58,048 bases of DNA from an uncultured Eubacteriales bacterium (GTDB lineage: Bacteria > Bacillota > Clostridia > Lachnospirales > Lachnospiraceae), in contig CAVFLH010000001.1 of the NCBI GenBank assembly GCA_963622995.1, forward strand, positions 1 through 58,048. The letters run 5' to 3'. Shown here piece by piece: positions 18,440 through 27,569 of this stretch. Numbering within the stretch: position 1 is the stretch's first letter; every line of letters begins with the position of its first letter. The position numbers were made by a program, and so were the translations under genes. The notes under the pieces were generated by a model. It saw only the letters and a list, made by a program, of their open reading frames with translations. It was not told where the DNA came from and did not search any database.

Positions 18440-19684
18440 ATGGGAAAAACTGTAATTGAGAAGATCGTTGAACATAACACCGGCAAGTCCGTAAAGCCGG
18501 GCGATATCGTGACCGTAAATGTTGACCGCGTCATGATCCATGATATTTTTATTCCGTTCGTGGCGGAGAAATTTAAGGAGATGGGCTTTGAGAAGCTGTG
18601 GGATCCGGATAAGGTCGTTCTGATCTACGACCACCTTGTTCCGGCAAGCCAGCTTGACGATACAAGACATTTCCACGTGGGCGATGAGTTTACTGCAAAA
18701 TACGGCATGACCCATGTACACAGAAGTGACGGAATCTGCCACCAGTTGATGACTGAGGCCGGATATGTAAAACCGGGCGATGTTGCCTTCGGCACCGACA
18801 GCCACACAACGACCTACGGCTGCGTCGGCGCGTTCTCCTCCGGTATCGGATATACGGAGATGGCCAGCATCCTGGGAACCGGAACCATGTGGATCCGTGT
18901 ACCGGAGACCATCAAGGTCGTTATCAACGGAAAGCTGCCGGAGAATGTCATGTCCAAAGACGTAATTCTCCGCCTCATCGGCGATCTCGGCGCAGACGGT
19001 GCTACTTATAAGGCACTAGAGTTCTCCGGAAGCGCTGTCGGGAACATGACCGTTGCAAGCCGTATGACGATCTCCAACATGGCCATCGAAGCAGGTGCAA
19101 AGTGTGCCCTGTTCACACCGGATGAGAAGACGGCGGAATACTGCAATGTTACCTTAAATGACTACCAGAAGAGTCTTTACGGAGACGCGGACGCAAATTA
19201 CTGCCGCGTGATGAAATACAACGCCGAGGATTTTGTTCCGGTCATGGCATGTCCGTCCCAGGTAGACAAGATCCGCAATGTCAGCGAGCTCGAGGGTACA
19301 GAGATCGACCAGGTATTCATCGGTTCCTGCACAAACGGACGTCTTGAGGACCTGGCTGCCGCCGCGGAAGTCTTAAATGGCAAGAAAGTAGCGAAATTCG
19401 TGAAGCTCATCGTCACACCGGCAAGCCGCAAGATCTACAAGCAGGCTGCTGACCTCGGAATCCTCGATACCCTCGCCGAAGCAGGCGCTATGATCACCCA
19501 CCCAGGCTGCGGTCTCTGCTGCGGACGCGCAGGTGGAATCCTTACAGACGGCGAGCGCGTTGTCGCTACCAACAACCGCAACTTCCTTGGACGTATGGGA
19601 ACCTCCAAGGTGCAGATCTATCTCGCCTCCCCGAGAACTGCTGCGGCTTGTGCGGTGGCTGGTAAGATCGTTTGTCCGGAATAA
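18440..19684 (+). CDS. Aconitase-family large subunit (LeuC/HacA/DmdA-like), copy 2
   Basis: GICHQ, GTDSHT, GSCTNGR, PGCGLC, NRNFLGRMG and YLASP. RBS AGGAGG. Confidence 0.9.
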   Translation: MGKTVIEKIVEHNTGKSVKPGDIVTVNVDRVMIHDIFIPFVAEKFKEMGFEKLWDPDKVVLIYDHLVPASQLDDTRHFHVGDEFTAKYGMTHVHRSDGICHQLMTEAGYVKPGDVAFGTDSHTTTYGCVGAFSSGIGYTEMASILGTGTMWIRVPETIKVVINGKLPENVMSKDVILRLIGDLGADGATYKALEFSGSAVGNMTVASRMTISNMAIEAGAKCALFTPDEKTAEYCNVTLNDYQKSLYGDADANYCRVMKYNAEDFVPVMACPSQVDKIRNVSELEGTEIDQVFIGSCTNGRLEDLAAAAEVLNGKKVAKFVKLIVTPASRKIYKQAADLGILDTLAEAGAMITHPGCGLCCGRAGGILTDGERVVATNNRNFLGRMGTSKVQIYLASPRTAAACAVAGKIVCPE

Positions 19685-19751
19685 GCGGGCATTTCCTGTT
19701 CCGTCAGTCTGAATTTCAGGTTGGCGCAGGATAAATTTAATTTTTGTTCGT

Positions 19752-19812
19752 AAAAAAAATTAAGGTCGGAATTTTCAAATCCCTAATGTGAATTTGAGAA
19801 TTCCGACCTTTT
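19752..19812. terminator. Bidirectional intrinsic terminator
   Basis: AAGGTCGGAATTTTCAAAT...ATTTGAGAATTCCGACCTT flanked by A and T runs between convergent genes. Confidence 0.85.
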
Positions 19813-19869
19813 TATATTGATTTAGAATTTTGGCTTATTTTTACGGTTGGTGTCTTTTCTTCAGTACTC

Positions 19870-21249
19870 CTATGCTGCTGCCTTTTTCGTGCCTTCAATA
19901 CTCTTCAGCGCTTTCCTGAACTGGATCGCAAAGATGATTGTCGTAAACGTCACCGCAATCGCATCCGCGATCGGCTCCGCCATGTAGACACCCATGGTCT
20001 TGTTGCTGACGAACATCGGGACGATGAAGATTAACGGAAGCAGAAGCACGAATTTACGCACAACAGCCACGATGATCGAGCAAACCGCGTATCCGATGGC
20101 AACGAAGGTCATCTGGCAGGCGAGCTGGATTCCGAAGAGGAACATGGCACCGCAGTAGATGCGGAGTGCGCCTGCAGTGAAGGAAACGAGTTCCGGGTCG
20201 GAGCTGAAGATTCCCGCGAAAGTTGCCGGGAAGATCTGGACAAAGAGCCAGAACAGCGTGGAGTAGATCAGGGAGATCGCAAGGTGAAGCTTAAACGTCT
20301 TCTTCATGCGGTCCACATTTTTCGCGCCGTAGTTGTAGCTCATGATCGGCTGCGCGCCCTGTCCGATGCCCTGGAGCGGCAGCATCGCGAACTGCATCGT
20401 GCTCGTGAGGATCGTCATGGCACCCACCGCCAGGTCGCCGCCGTATTTCAACAGGGATGAATTAAAGCATACGGAGATGACGCTCTCACTGGACTGCATC
20501 ACAAATGTGGAGAGTCCCAACGCCAGACACGGGAGAACGATGGATGGAACCGGCTTTAAGTTCTCCTTTTTGATCCGCAGAAACGTCTTCTTTCCTGTCA
20601 GGAACGTGAGGACCCAGCTGCAGGACACCGCCTGGGAGATGATCGTCGCAAGAGCCGCGCCTTTTACGCCCATGCCGAGTACGAAAATAAAGATCGGATC
20701 CAGGATGATGTTGCAGACAGCGCCGATGGTGACCGTCAACATGCTGGTCTTTGAGAATCCCTGGGCCGTGATAAACATGTTCATGCCTAACGTCATCTGG
20801 ACGAAGATCGTTCCGACGGCGTAGATGCTCATGTAATCGACAGCGTAGTCGATGGTGTTCTCACTGGCACCGAATGCCAGCAGCATGGAACGGCTGAACA
20901 GCAGTAAGACCGCTGTCAGGATCGCGGAGATGATGATCTGGACCGTGAAACAGCCGCCGAGGATCTTCTCCGCGGACTCCATATCATCTTTTCCCATAAA
21001 GATCGACGCTCGCGGCGCGCCGCCGGATCCGACGAGAGCCGCGAAGGCGGATACCACCATGATGATCGGCAGGCAGACGCCGACACCGGTCAGTGCAAGA
21101 CTTCCGCTTCCCGGGATATGTCCGATGTAGATTCTGTCAACAATGTTGTACAGCATGTTGACAAGCTGCGCGATAACGGATGGGACGGCGAGCTTAAAAA
21201 GAAGCTTTCCGATGGGCTCGGTCCCAAGAAATTCTTTACTGTTGTTCAT
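19870..21249 (-). CDS. MATE family efflux transporter (MepA-like)
   Basis: LYNIVDRIYIG, NIILDPIFIF..GVKGAALAT and QPIMSYNYGA; about 12 TM. Confidence 0.92.
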   Translation of the reverse strand: MNNSKEFLGTEPIGKLLFKLAVPSVIAQLVNMLYNIVDRIYIGHIPGSGSLALTGVGVCLPIIMVVSAFAALVGSGGAPRASIFMGKDDMESAEKILGGCFTVQIIISAILTAVLLLFSRSMLLAFGASENTIDYAVDYMSIYAVGTIFVQMTLGMNMFITAQGFSKTSMLTVTIGAVCNIILDPIFIFVLGMGVKGAALATIISQAVSCSWVLTFLTGKKTFLRIKKENLKPVPSIVLPCLALGLSTFVMQSSESVISVCFNSSLLKYGGDLAVGAMTILTSTMQFAMLPLQGIGQGAQPIMSYNYGAKNVDRMKKTFKLHLAISLIYSTLFWLFVQIFPATFAGIFSSDPELVSFTAGALRIYCGAMFLFGIQLACQMTFVAIGYAVCSIIVAVVRKFVLLLPLIFIVPMFVSNKTMGVYMAEPIADAIAVTFTTIIFAIQFRKALKSIEGTKKAAA

Positions 21250-21372
21250 GCAGTTTTCCTTCTTTCCTGTAATCTGAAAACCGGCAGTGAAACTATCTCG
21301 CGAGATTTCACTCTCCCTGCAAGACAGTCAGGCTGCCGGATCTTTCTTCTATATTTGGCCTATATTCATGTT

Positions 21373-21924
21373 CTAATTAAGCTTCATCGAGATCCCCCGG
21401 CTGATCAGATCATGCCAGACGATTTCACCTGTTTCCAGGGACTTTTTCACATCGATGATTCTCTGGTTCTCTGAGCCGCGGAACGCAAGCGTCACGCTGT
21501 AGAGGTCCTGGACGAACTCGCCGTCAACGAGAACGTCGATCAGGCTTAACATCTCGTCCGTGCACTCGCATCTCGCCCGGCTCTCCCCGAGGAGATCTTT
21601 ATCGAAAAGGTATCCCGTATAGCACCAGATATTTTTCTTCGGAAGTCTCTCACGGACTTTCTTTAAGAACGGAAGAAGCGCCCGCTGGTTCTCCGGCTCA
21701 AAGGGCTCACCTCCGAGAAGCGAAAGTCCATCCACATAATCCGGCTCCAGCGCCTTTATAAGCATCTCTTCCGTCTCTTCCGTAAACGGCTTTCCGTATC
21801 CGAAATCCCACGCCACACCGTTAAAACAGTTCTTGCATTGATGTGTGCAGCCGGACACAAAGAGCGACACGCGGACGCCCTCGCCGTTTGCGATATCACA
21901 TGTTTTGATCTCTCCGTAATTCAT
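21373..21924 (-). CDS. nrdG: Anaerobic ribonucleotide reductase activating enzyme
   Basis: NGEGVRVSLFVSGCTHQCKNCFN radical-SAM motif and FRGSENQR. Coupled to nrdD by TAATG. Confidence 0.96.
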   Translation of the reverse strand: MNYGEIKTCDIANGEGVRVSLFVSGCTHQCKNCFNGVAWDFGYGKPFTEETEEMLIKALEPDYVDGLSLLGGEPFEPENQRALLPFLKKVRERLPKKNIWCYTGYLFDKDLLGESRARCECTDEMLSLIDVLVDGEFVQDLYSVTLAFRGSENQRIIDVKKSLETGEIVWHDLISRGISMKLN

Positions 21925-24113
21925 TACAGGTGCAGTACCCTTTCCTTAATTTCCTGTGTTCTGCCCTGGTTCCAGAACTGTGTTCCGATGTATCCGCAGG
22001 TACGTCTCGCGACGTTGAGCTTGCTCTGGTCACGGTTTCCGCAGTTCGGGCACTCCCATACGAGCTTTCCGTCATCCTCGATGATCTTGATCTCACCGTC
22101 ATAGCCGCATACCTGGCAGTAATCGCTCTTCGTATTTAACTCCGCGTACATGATATTGTCGTAGATGTAGCGGATGACCTGAAGAACGGCCGGGATGTTG
22201 TCCTGCATGTTCGGAACTTCCACGTAGCTGATCGCTCCGCCCGGGGACAGTGCCTGGAATTCAGACTCTAATTTTAACTTACTGAAGGCATCGATCGGCT
22301 CAGTTACATGTACATGATAGCTGTTTGTGATGTAGTTTCTGTCGGTTACGCCTTTTACGATGCCGAAACGTCTCTGAAGACTCTTCGCGAAGGAGTAAGT
22401 CGTGGACTCCAGCGGGGTTCCGTAGATGCTGTAGTCGATGTTCTCCGCCTCTTTCCACTTCGTGCAGTAGTCGTTTAACTTCTGCATGATCTCAAGACCG
22501 AGTTTCTTTCCTTCCGGCTCAGTCAGTTTCTTCTCAATTAAGCTGTATACACACTCCCAGAGACCTGCGTAGCCAAGGGAAAGTGTGGAATATCCGTCGT
22601 AGAGGAGCTTGTCGATGGTCTCGCCTTTCTTTAAGCGGGCGAGAGCGCCGTACTGCCAGAGGATCGGAGCCGCATCGGATAAAGTTCCCTTTAATCTCTC
22701 ATGGCGGCAACGCAGTGCGCGGTGGCAGAGCTCCATTCTCTCATCGAAGATCTCCCAGAATCTGTTCAGGTCTTTTCTTGCACTGAGTCCGATATCAACA
22801 AGGTTTACTGTGACAACGCCTTGGTTGAAGCGGCCGTAATATTTGTGCTCGCCTTCGTGGTAGTTTCCGGCATTCGCAAGATTTCCTTTTACATAGGAAC
22901 GGTCCGGTGTCAGGAAGGAACGGCACCCCATGCATGTGTACACGTCGCCCTTTAATTCCCTCATCTTCTTCGCGGAGATGTAGTCCGGAACCATGCGCTT
23001 TGCGGTACATTTTGCCGCAAGCTCTGTCAAATAGTAATACGGCGCGTCCGGGGTGATATTGTCCTCGTCGAGAACATAGATCAGCTTCGGGAATGCCGGT
23101 GTGATCCATACGCCGGCTTCATTCTTAACGCCGAGATATCTCTGTTTTAAGGTCTCCTCGATGATCATCGCAAGATCTTTCTTCTCCTGCGGGTTCTTCG
23201 CCTCGTCGAGGTACATGTAAACGGTAACGAACGGTGCCTGTCCGTTTGTTGTAAGAAGAGTTACGACCTGATACTGGATCGTCTGGATTCCCTTTGTGAT
23301 CTCTCTGCGGAGGCGCTCTTCTGTGAGCTTATCGATCTGTTCCTCTGTCACAGCGATTCCAAGATCCTTCATCTCTCCGACTACTTCCTGGCGGATCTTA
23401 ACTCTCGATACCTGGACAAACGGTGCAAGATGGGAAAGGCTGATGCTCTGACCGCCGTACTGGTTGCTGGCAACCTGGGCGATGATCTGGGTCGCGATGT
23501 TGCAGGCTGTGGAGAAGCTGTGCGGGCGCTCGATCAGGGTTTCGCTGATCACGGTGCCATTCCGCAGCATATCCTCTAAGTTTACAAGGTCGCAGTTGTG
23601 CATGTGCTGCGCGAAGTAATCGGAATCGTGGAAGTGGATAATTCCCTGCTTGTCCGCCTCGACGATGTCTTCCGGAAGAAGAAGTCTTCTCGTGAGATCC
23701 TTGCTGACCTCACCTGCCATATAGTCACGCTGTACGCTGTTGACAGTCGGGTTCTTGTTGGAGTTCTCCTGCATAACTTCTTCGTTGTTGCACTCGATCA
23801 GGGACAGGATCCGGTTGTCCGTCGTGTTTGCTTTCCGCACCAGAGAGCGGTCGTAGCGGTAACGCACATAATTTTTTGCGATTGCAAAAGCACCGATCGC
23901 CATCAACTGGTTCTCGACCATATCCTGGATCTCTTCTACAGACACAGCACGTCCCAGCTTATTGCACTTGTACTCTACATAATCTGCGATATCCGTAAGC
24001 TGTTCCGGTGCCAGATAGGCATTTTCTGTGGCGTTGCATGCCTTCTGGACCGCATTCACGATCTTGAGCGTGTCAAAACTTTCCTCCGCTCCGTTTCTCT
24101 TGATGATCTTCAT
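21924..24113 (-). CDS. nrdD: Class III anaerobic ribonucleoside-triphosphate reductase
   Basis: N-terminal ATP cone (MKIIKRNG), MGCRSFL finger loop, CxxC/CxxC Zn site and RRTCGYI glycyl-radical motif. Confidence 0.97.
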   Translation of the reverse strand: MKIIKRNGAEESFDTLKIVNAVQKACNATENAYLAPEQLTDIADYVEYKCNKLGRAVSVEEIQDMVENQLMAIGAFAIAKNYVRYRYDRSLVRKANTTDNRILSLIECNNEEVMQENSNKNPTVNSVQRDYMAGEVSKDLTRRLLLPEDIVEADKQGIIHFHDSDYFAQHMHNCDLVNLEDMLRNGTVISETLIERPHSFSTACNIATQIIAQVASNQYGGQSISLSHLAPFVQVSRVKIRQEVVGEMKDLGIAVTEEQIDKLTEERLRREITKGIQTIQYQVVTLLTTNGQAPFVTVYMYLDEAKNPQEKKDLAMIIEETLKQRYLGVKNEAGVWITPAFPKLIYVLDEDNITPDAPYYYLTELAAKCTAKRMVPDYISAKKMRELKGDVYTCMGCRSFLTPDRSYVKGNLANAGNYHEGEHKYYGRFNQGVVTVNLVDIGLSARKDLNRFWEIFDERMELCHRALRCRHERLKGTLSDAAPILWQYGALARLKKGETIDKLLYDGYSTLSLGYAGLWECVYSLIEKKLTEPEGKKLGLEIMQKLNDYCTKWKEAENIDYSIYGTPLESTTYSFAKSLQRRFGIVKGVTDRNYITNSYHVHVTEPIDAFSKLKLESEFQALSPGGAISYVEVPNMQDNIPAVLQVIRYIYDNIMYAELNTKSDYCQVCGYDGEIKIIEDDGKLVWECPNCGNRDQSKLNVARRTCGYIGTQFWNQGRTQEIKERVLHL

Positions 24114-24460
24114 CCCTGATTCCCCGTTTCATTTCTTTGTGTTGGCAGAACTGTCCAATTTGCGCACAGTTGCCCGTTGGTTGTTTTTCTTCTGTCTATT
24201 CTGTTGGCAATCGTAACTGTCTGAATCGCTGTCCGACAGATCAGCGCCTTTGCTGTTCTGGACGTAAAAATGTGCTTCCACAGTTACCAGTAATTTTCTT
24301 GATTGTGTGCACAGTTTGTTTTTTCAGAATTGTACAGAATTTTTATCTGATTTAGACGTTTTATAATTGATCTGTGGGACCTGCCGCCGCCAGTCTCTCA
24401 CGGCTGTCCCGTCATATTTCTCTCCGCGCTGTTTTTATTCCCCAACGCGAGAACGATTCT

Positions 24461-24489
24461 ATTATACCTGCATTGGTCCCGGATTGCAA
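24461..24489 (-). promoter_or_regulatory. Sigma-A promoter upstream of nrdD
   Basis: TTGCAA-17 bp-TATAAT. Confidence 0.6.
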
Positions 24490-24521
24490 GGAGTACTGTT
24501 ATATAAATATGATATATCTAA

Positions 24522-24568
24522 ACCATATATATTGTAAAAATTTCATAGTTTGAAACTACATCTTGTTG
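24522..24568. promoter_or_regulatory. Tandem NrdR boxes
   Basis: ACCATATATATTGTAA (24522-24537) and AAACTACATCTTGTTG (24553-24568) resemble the acaCwAtATaTwGtg consensus and are offset by 31 bp, the typical NrdR spacing. Confidence 0.75.
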
Positions 24569-24711
24569 TTTTTTGAATACAATCTACAAGTCCGGCACTA
24601 CTCATGAGGGGCCTGAAATGCCCCTCACAAAGCGTATCCCGCGGGCCATTTTTTTCTGCCGTTCTAAGCGTCCAGAAAGCCCGCGGGACTATTTTCTTTA
24701 TTCCTATTACC

Positions 24712-25584
24712 TTAAATATGTCTGCGCCACTCTTCAAGGCGGTAACGCTGTCTTTTCTTCGCGTCCTCCAATTGTGCCAGCATTCGCGGAATATCTTCAT
24801 TAAAAGTTCCCGCCAGCACCACATAGTTGGATGCGTGGTTCGTCCTAAAGATCGTTCCAGGGGAATCGATATGCTTTAAGAACAGTTCCATCTCCTCAAC
24901 GATCTCGTCCGGAGTGATGAGTTCCATGTCCCCGCGCTTTACTTCCTCGTTCATCTGGGTTCCCTCGTAGAGGCGCAGTGTCAGGAATGACGCGTACTCC
25001 GGGTTCATCTGGTTGATCAGCTCCGCGGATTTAATGGCATGTTCCCGGATCCCTTTTCTTCCGCCGAGGCCGGAGATCAAAGTCACGGAGGTCTTGATGC
25101 CGCAGCGCTTTAATTTCTGTCCCGCCGCCGCGATCTGGGCCGCCGTCACATCTTTGTGGATATGCTCTAAAACACGGTCATCACCGGACTCCGCGCCGAT
25201 GTAGACCATCTCGAGTCCTGCTGCCGCTAATGCCTTTAGATCTTCCTCCGATTTTGCCAGAACATCCTTCGCGGTTCCGTAGGATGTGATCCGCTCCACA
25301 TACGGGAAATTTTTGTGGACATAGGCCAGGAGTTCTAAAAGAAGCTCTGTCTTTACCACCAGGGCATCGCCGTCCGCGAAGAATACGCGGCTGACGTACG
25401 GTCCATAGTAGTCACGACATTCGTCGAGGTCTCTCATGATCTCCTCTTTTGTCCGCACGCGGAATTTTTTCACCCGGTACATGTTGCAGAAGGTGCACCG
25501 GTTATGGGCACAGCCCACGGTCACCTGGATAATTAAGCTTCTCGCCTCGCTCGGCGGGCGGTATACGGTTCCTTCGTATTCCAT
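24712..25584 (-). CDS. Radical SAM protein, function unknown
   Basis: CAHNRCTFC (CxxxCxxC), FFADGDA, YIGAESG and FRTNHASNY. Confidence 0.88.
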   Translation of the reverse strand: MEYEGTVYRPPSEARSLIIQVTVGCAHNRCTFCNMYRVKKFRVRTKEEIMRDLDECRDYYGPYVSRVFFADGDALVVKTELLLELLAYVHKNFPYVERITSYGTAKDVLAKSEEDLKALAAAGLEMVYIGAESGDDRVLEHIHKDVTAAQIAAAGQKLKRCGIKTSVTLISGLGGRKGIREHAIKSAELINQMNPEYASFLTLRLYEGTQMNEEVKRGDMELITPDEIVEEMELFLKHIDSPGTIFRTNHASNYVVLAGTFNEDIPRMLAQLEDAKKRQRYRLEEWRRHI

Positions 25585-25676
25585 ATGATAAATTTCCTTT
25601 CCAATTTTTTTTACACTTGCTCACATGCTTCTGTAAGCATAACGCCATTTTATATACTTGTTTTGCAAATTCTATC

Positions 25677-25818
25677 CTATAAATGAGCAAATTTGAAAAA
25701 CTGCATAATTAAATTCGTGATGTGCGGACAGCAAAGGAATTAAATCAGCTCAATGTTTGTGTGATACGCACAATCAGCTACAGATTTTGTGCACTTTTTG
25801 GTATTTGCTCATTTATAG
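25677..25818. mobile_element. 142-bp MITE-like non-autonomous element
   Basis: Perfect 16-bp terminal inverted repeats (CTATAAATGAGCAAAT / ATTTGCTCATTTATAG) extending imperfectly to about 32 bp. No coding capacity. Identical partial copy at 1-54. Confidence 0.7.
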
Positions 25819-25826
25819 TTTATATC

Positions 25827-27437
25827 TTAGAATGCTCCGAGTCTGTCTAACCTGCTCAGAATATCCGCCCGTTTCTCGTCAAACAGCAGGTTCTTATTGT
25901 ATTCATAATACCGTTCACACTCATTCTCCTGCAGGAACCGCACAGCCGGGGCGCTGGAGTTCAATTCAGTGATAAATACCACCATCTCCTGGCTGCTGCC
26001 GAAGGTTCCCTCCATGAAATCGAAGGCATACTCCAGTGTCTGTCCGGCATGGGCACACAGATTCTCCAGTTCTGTCCGTTCTTCGCCGAACATCTCCCGG
26101 AATCTGTCGAAAATCTCACTGCCGTCAAATAAAAGCTCCGCTTTCACGGTCTGGAGATACCGGTTCATAGTCGCTGTGATATCGGCACAACGATACTTTT
26201 CCTGTCTTGTGAGAAGCCCAGCTTTCTGTTTCTGCTCGGATGCCGCAGTGAACGCCTCGATCTGACGGGCAAAGATGTCGATCGGAGTCTGCGGCGCTGT
26301 ATCCATCGTCTCTGCATCGCTTCCGGCATTCTGCATTTTGACAGAATCCTGGCTGATTTCTCTGGATGCTACCGTTTCTCCGGTCTCTATTTCACCTTCT
26401 AAGCTTCTCTTAAATGCTTTCAGTTCTCCAAACAGCACTTCCAGATAATCTTCTTTCTGCGCATAAGCCTTAAACTCCAAATCCAGCTTCGCTAAGATCA
26501 GGCTGATAATTGAAAGCTTTTCATCAAACGGCGCCTTCGCCGCCTGCTCCATCAGACGCTCATCCCGCTTTCCTTCCAGGACCTCATCGATCTGGTATCT
26601 CGCCTGATACTTCTTATATAATTCCAGATAGTTCGCAAAGTCTTTCGCGATCCGCGGGTGTTCTATATACTGCACGATGACTTCCCTGTCACAGGTAAGT
26701 CCCACCTTCTCGCAGACCTTCAAAAATCCGGAGAGATCTTCCCAGCCACGGGGCGTCGCGAAGATCTTTCCATCTACAGTTGTCTCCACCTGGTAGAAAT
26801 ACTGCGGTTTCGCGGTGAGGAATGACAGGATCGCCGAATGGATGTCTGCCTGCTTCGCGTATTCTTTCCATACCTCAAAATCCGCTTCCACACCGATCTT
26901 TTTGATGCGGTCCAGGGTCGCGATATCGAATTCCCGCACGGATTTATTGTATTCCGGCGGGTTTCCAGCCGCCACGATGATCCAGCCGTCCGGAATCTTA
27001 TGGTTTCCGAAGGTCTTATACTGTAAAAACTGGAGCATGGCCGGTGCCAGCGTCTCTGAGACGCAGTTGATCTCGTCGATGAAGAGAAGTCCCTCGGAGA
27101 GTCCTGTGTCCTCGATCTTATTGTAGATCGCCGCGACGATCTCACTCATGGTATACTCTGTCACATGGACGTTCTTCTCGCCGTATATCTTCTCCGAGAT
27201 AAACGGGAGACCGATGGCGCTCTGTCTCGTGTGGTGGGTGATCGTGTAGGAGACGAGACCGATTCCGCACTCTCTCGCCACCTGCTCCATGATCTGGGTC
27301 TTTCCGATTCCTGGCGGACCGATGAGCAGCACCGGGCGCTGCCGCATGGACGGAATCTCGTACTCTCCGTGTTCATTCTTTGTCAGATACACCTGTATTG
27401 TATTTTTAATTTCCTGTTTTGCACGCTTGATGTTCAT
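25827..27437 (-). CDS. MoxR-like AAA+ ATPase
   Basis: GPPGIGKT Walker A, LLFIDEIN Walker B, AAGNP sensor and TPRGWE. ATG 27437 has RBS GGGAG; 27449 is an alternative start. Confidence 0.85.
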   Translation of the reverse strand: MNIKRAKQEIKNTIQVYLTKNEHGEYEIPSMRQRPVLLIGPPGIGKTQIMEQVARECGIGLVSYTITHHTRQSAIGLPFISEKIYGEKNVHVTEYTMSEIVAAIYNKIEDTGLSEGLLFIDEINCVSETLAPAMLQFLQYKTFGNHKIPDGWIIVAAGNPPEYNKSVREFDIATLDRIKKIGVEADFEVWKEYAKQADIHSAILSFLTAKPQYFYQVETTVDGKIFATPRGWEDLSGFLKVCEKVGLTCDREVIVQYIEHPRIAKDFANYLELYKKYQARYQIDEVLEGKRDERLMEQAAKAPFDEKLSIISLILAKLDLEFKAYAQKEDYLEVLFGELKAFKRSLEGEIETGETVASREISQDSVKMQNAGSDAETMDTAPQTPIDIFARQIEAFTAASEQKQKAGLLTRQEKYRCADITATMNRYLQTVKAELLFDGSEIFDRFREMFGEERTELENLCAHAGQTLEYAFDFMEGTFGSSQEMVVFITELNSSAPAVRFLQENECERYYEYNKNLLFDEKRADILSRLDRLGAF

Positions 27438-27569
27438 TTTTTCTCCCATTGTAACTGCTCAGACTTCTCACAGCTGCAAGCAAAATCCATTCTAATTTAA
27501 CTATTCTGGTAAGTTTTTTACCTGTTGCCTCTGTATCCTTACAGCCAGCACACCGGCCTATGAAACTCA

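Noticed and set aside
16061..19684. Calling these genes leuC/leuD
   Set aside because: Two divergent pairs, no leuA/leuB, no Leu T-box and atypical small-subunit motifs, so gene symbols were withheld.
24114..24460. Cobalamin or ZTP riboswitch in the nrdD leader
   Set aside because: GACTGGCG is present on the minus strand, but the ZTP 3' element (GCCGnCCGCCTGGGC) is missing. No B12-box or GCCACTG motifs were seen.
25669..25697. Hybrid promoter formed by the MITE end for the radical SAM gene (TTCAAA-17-TAGAAT)
   Set aside because: Weak -35 in AT-rich DNA, not distinguishable from chance.
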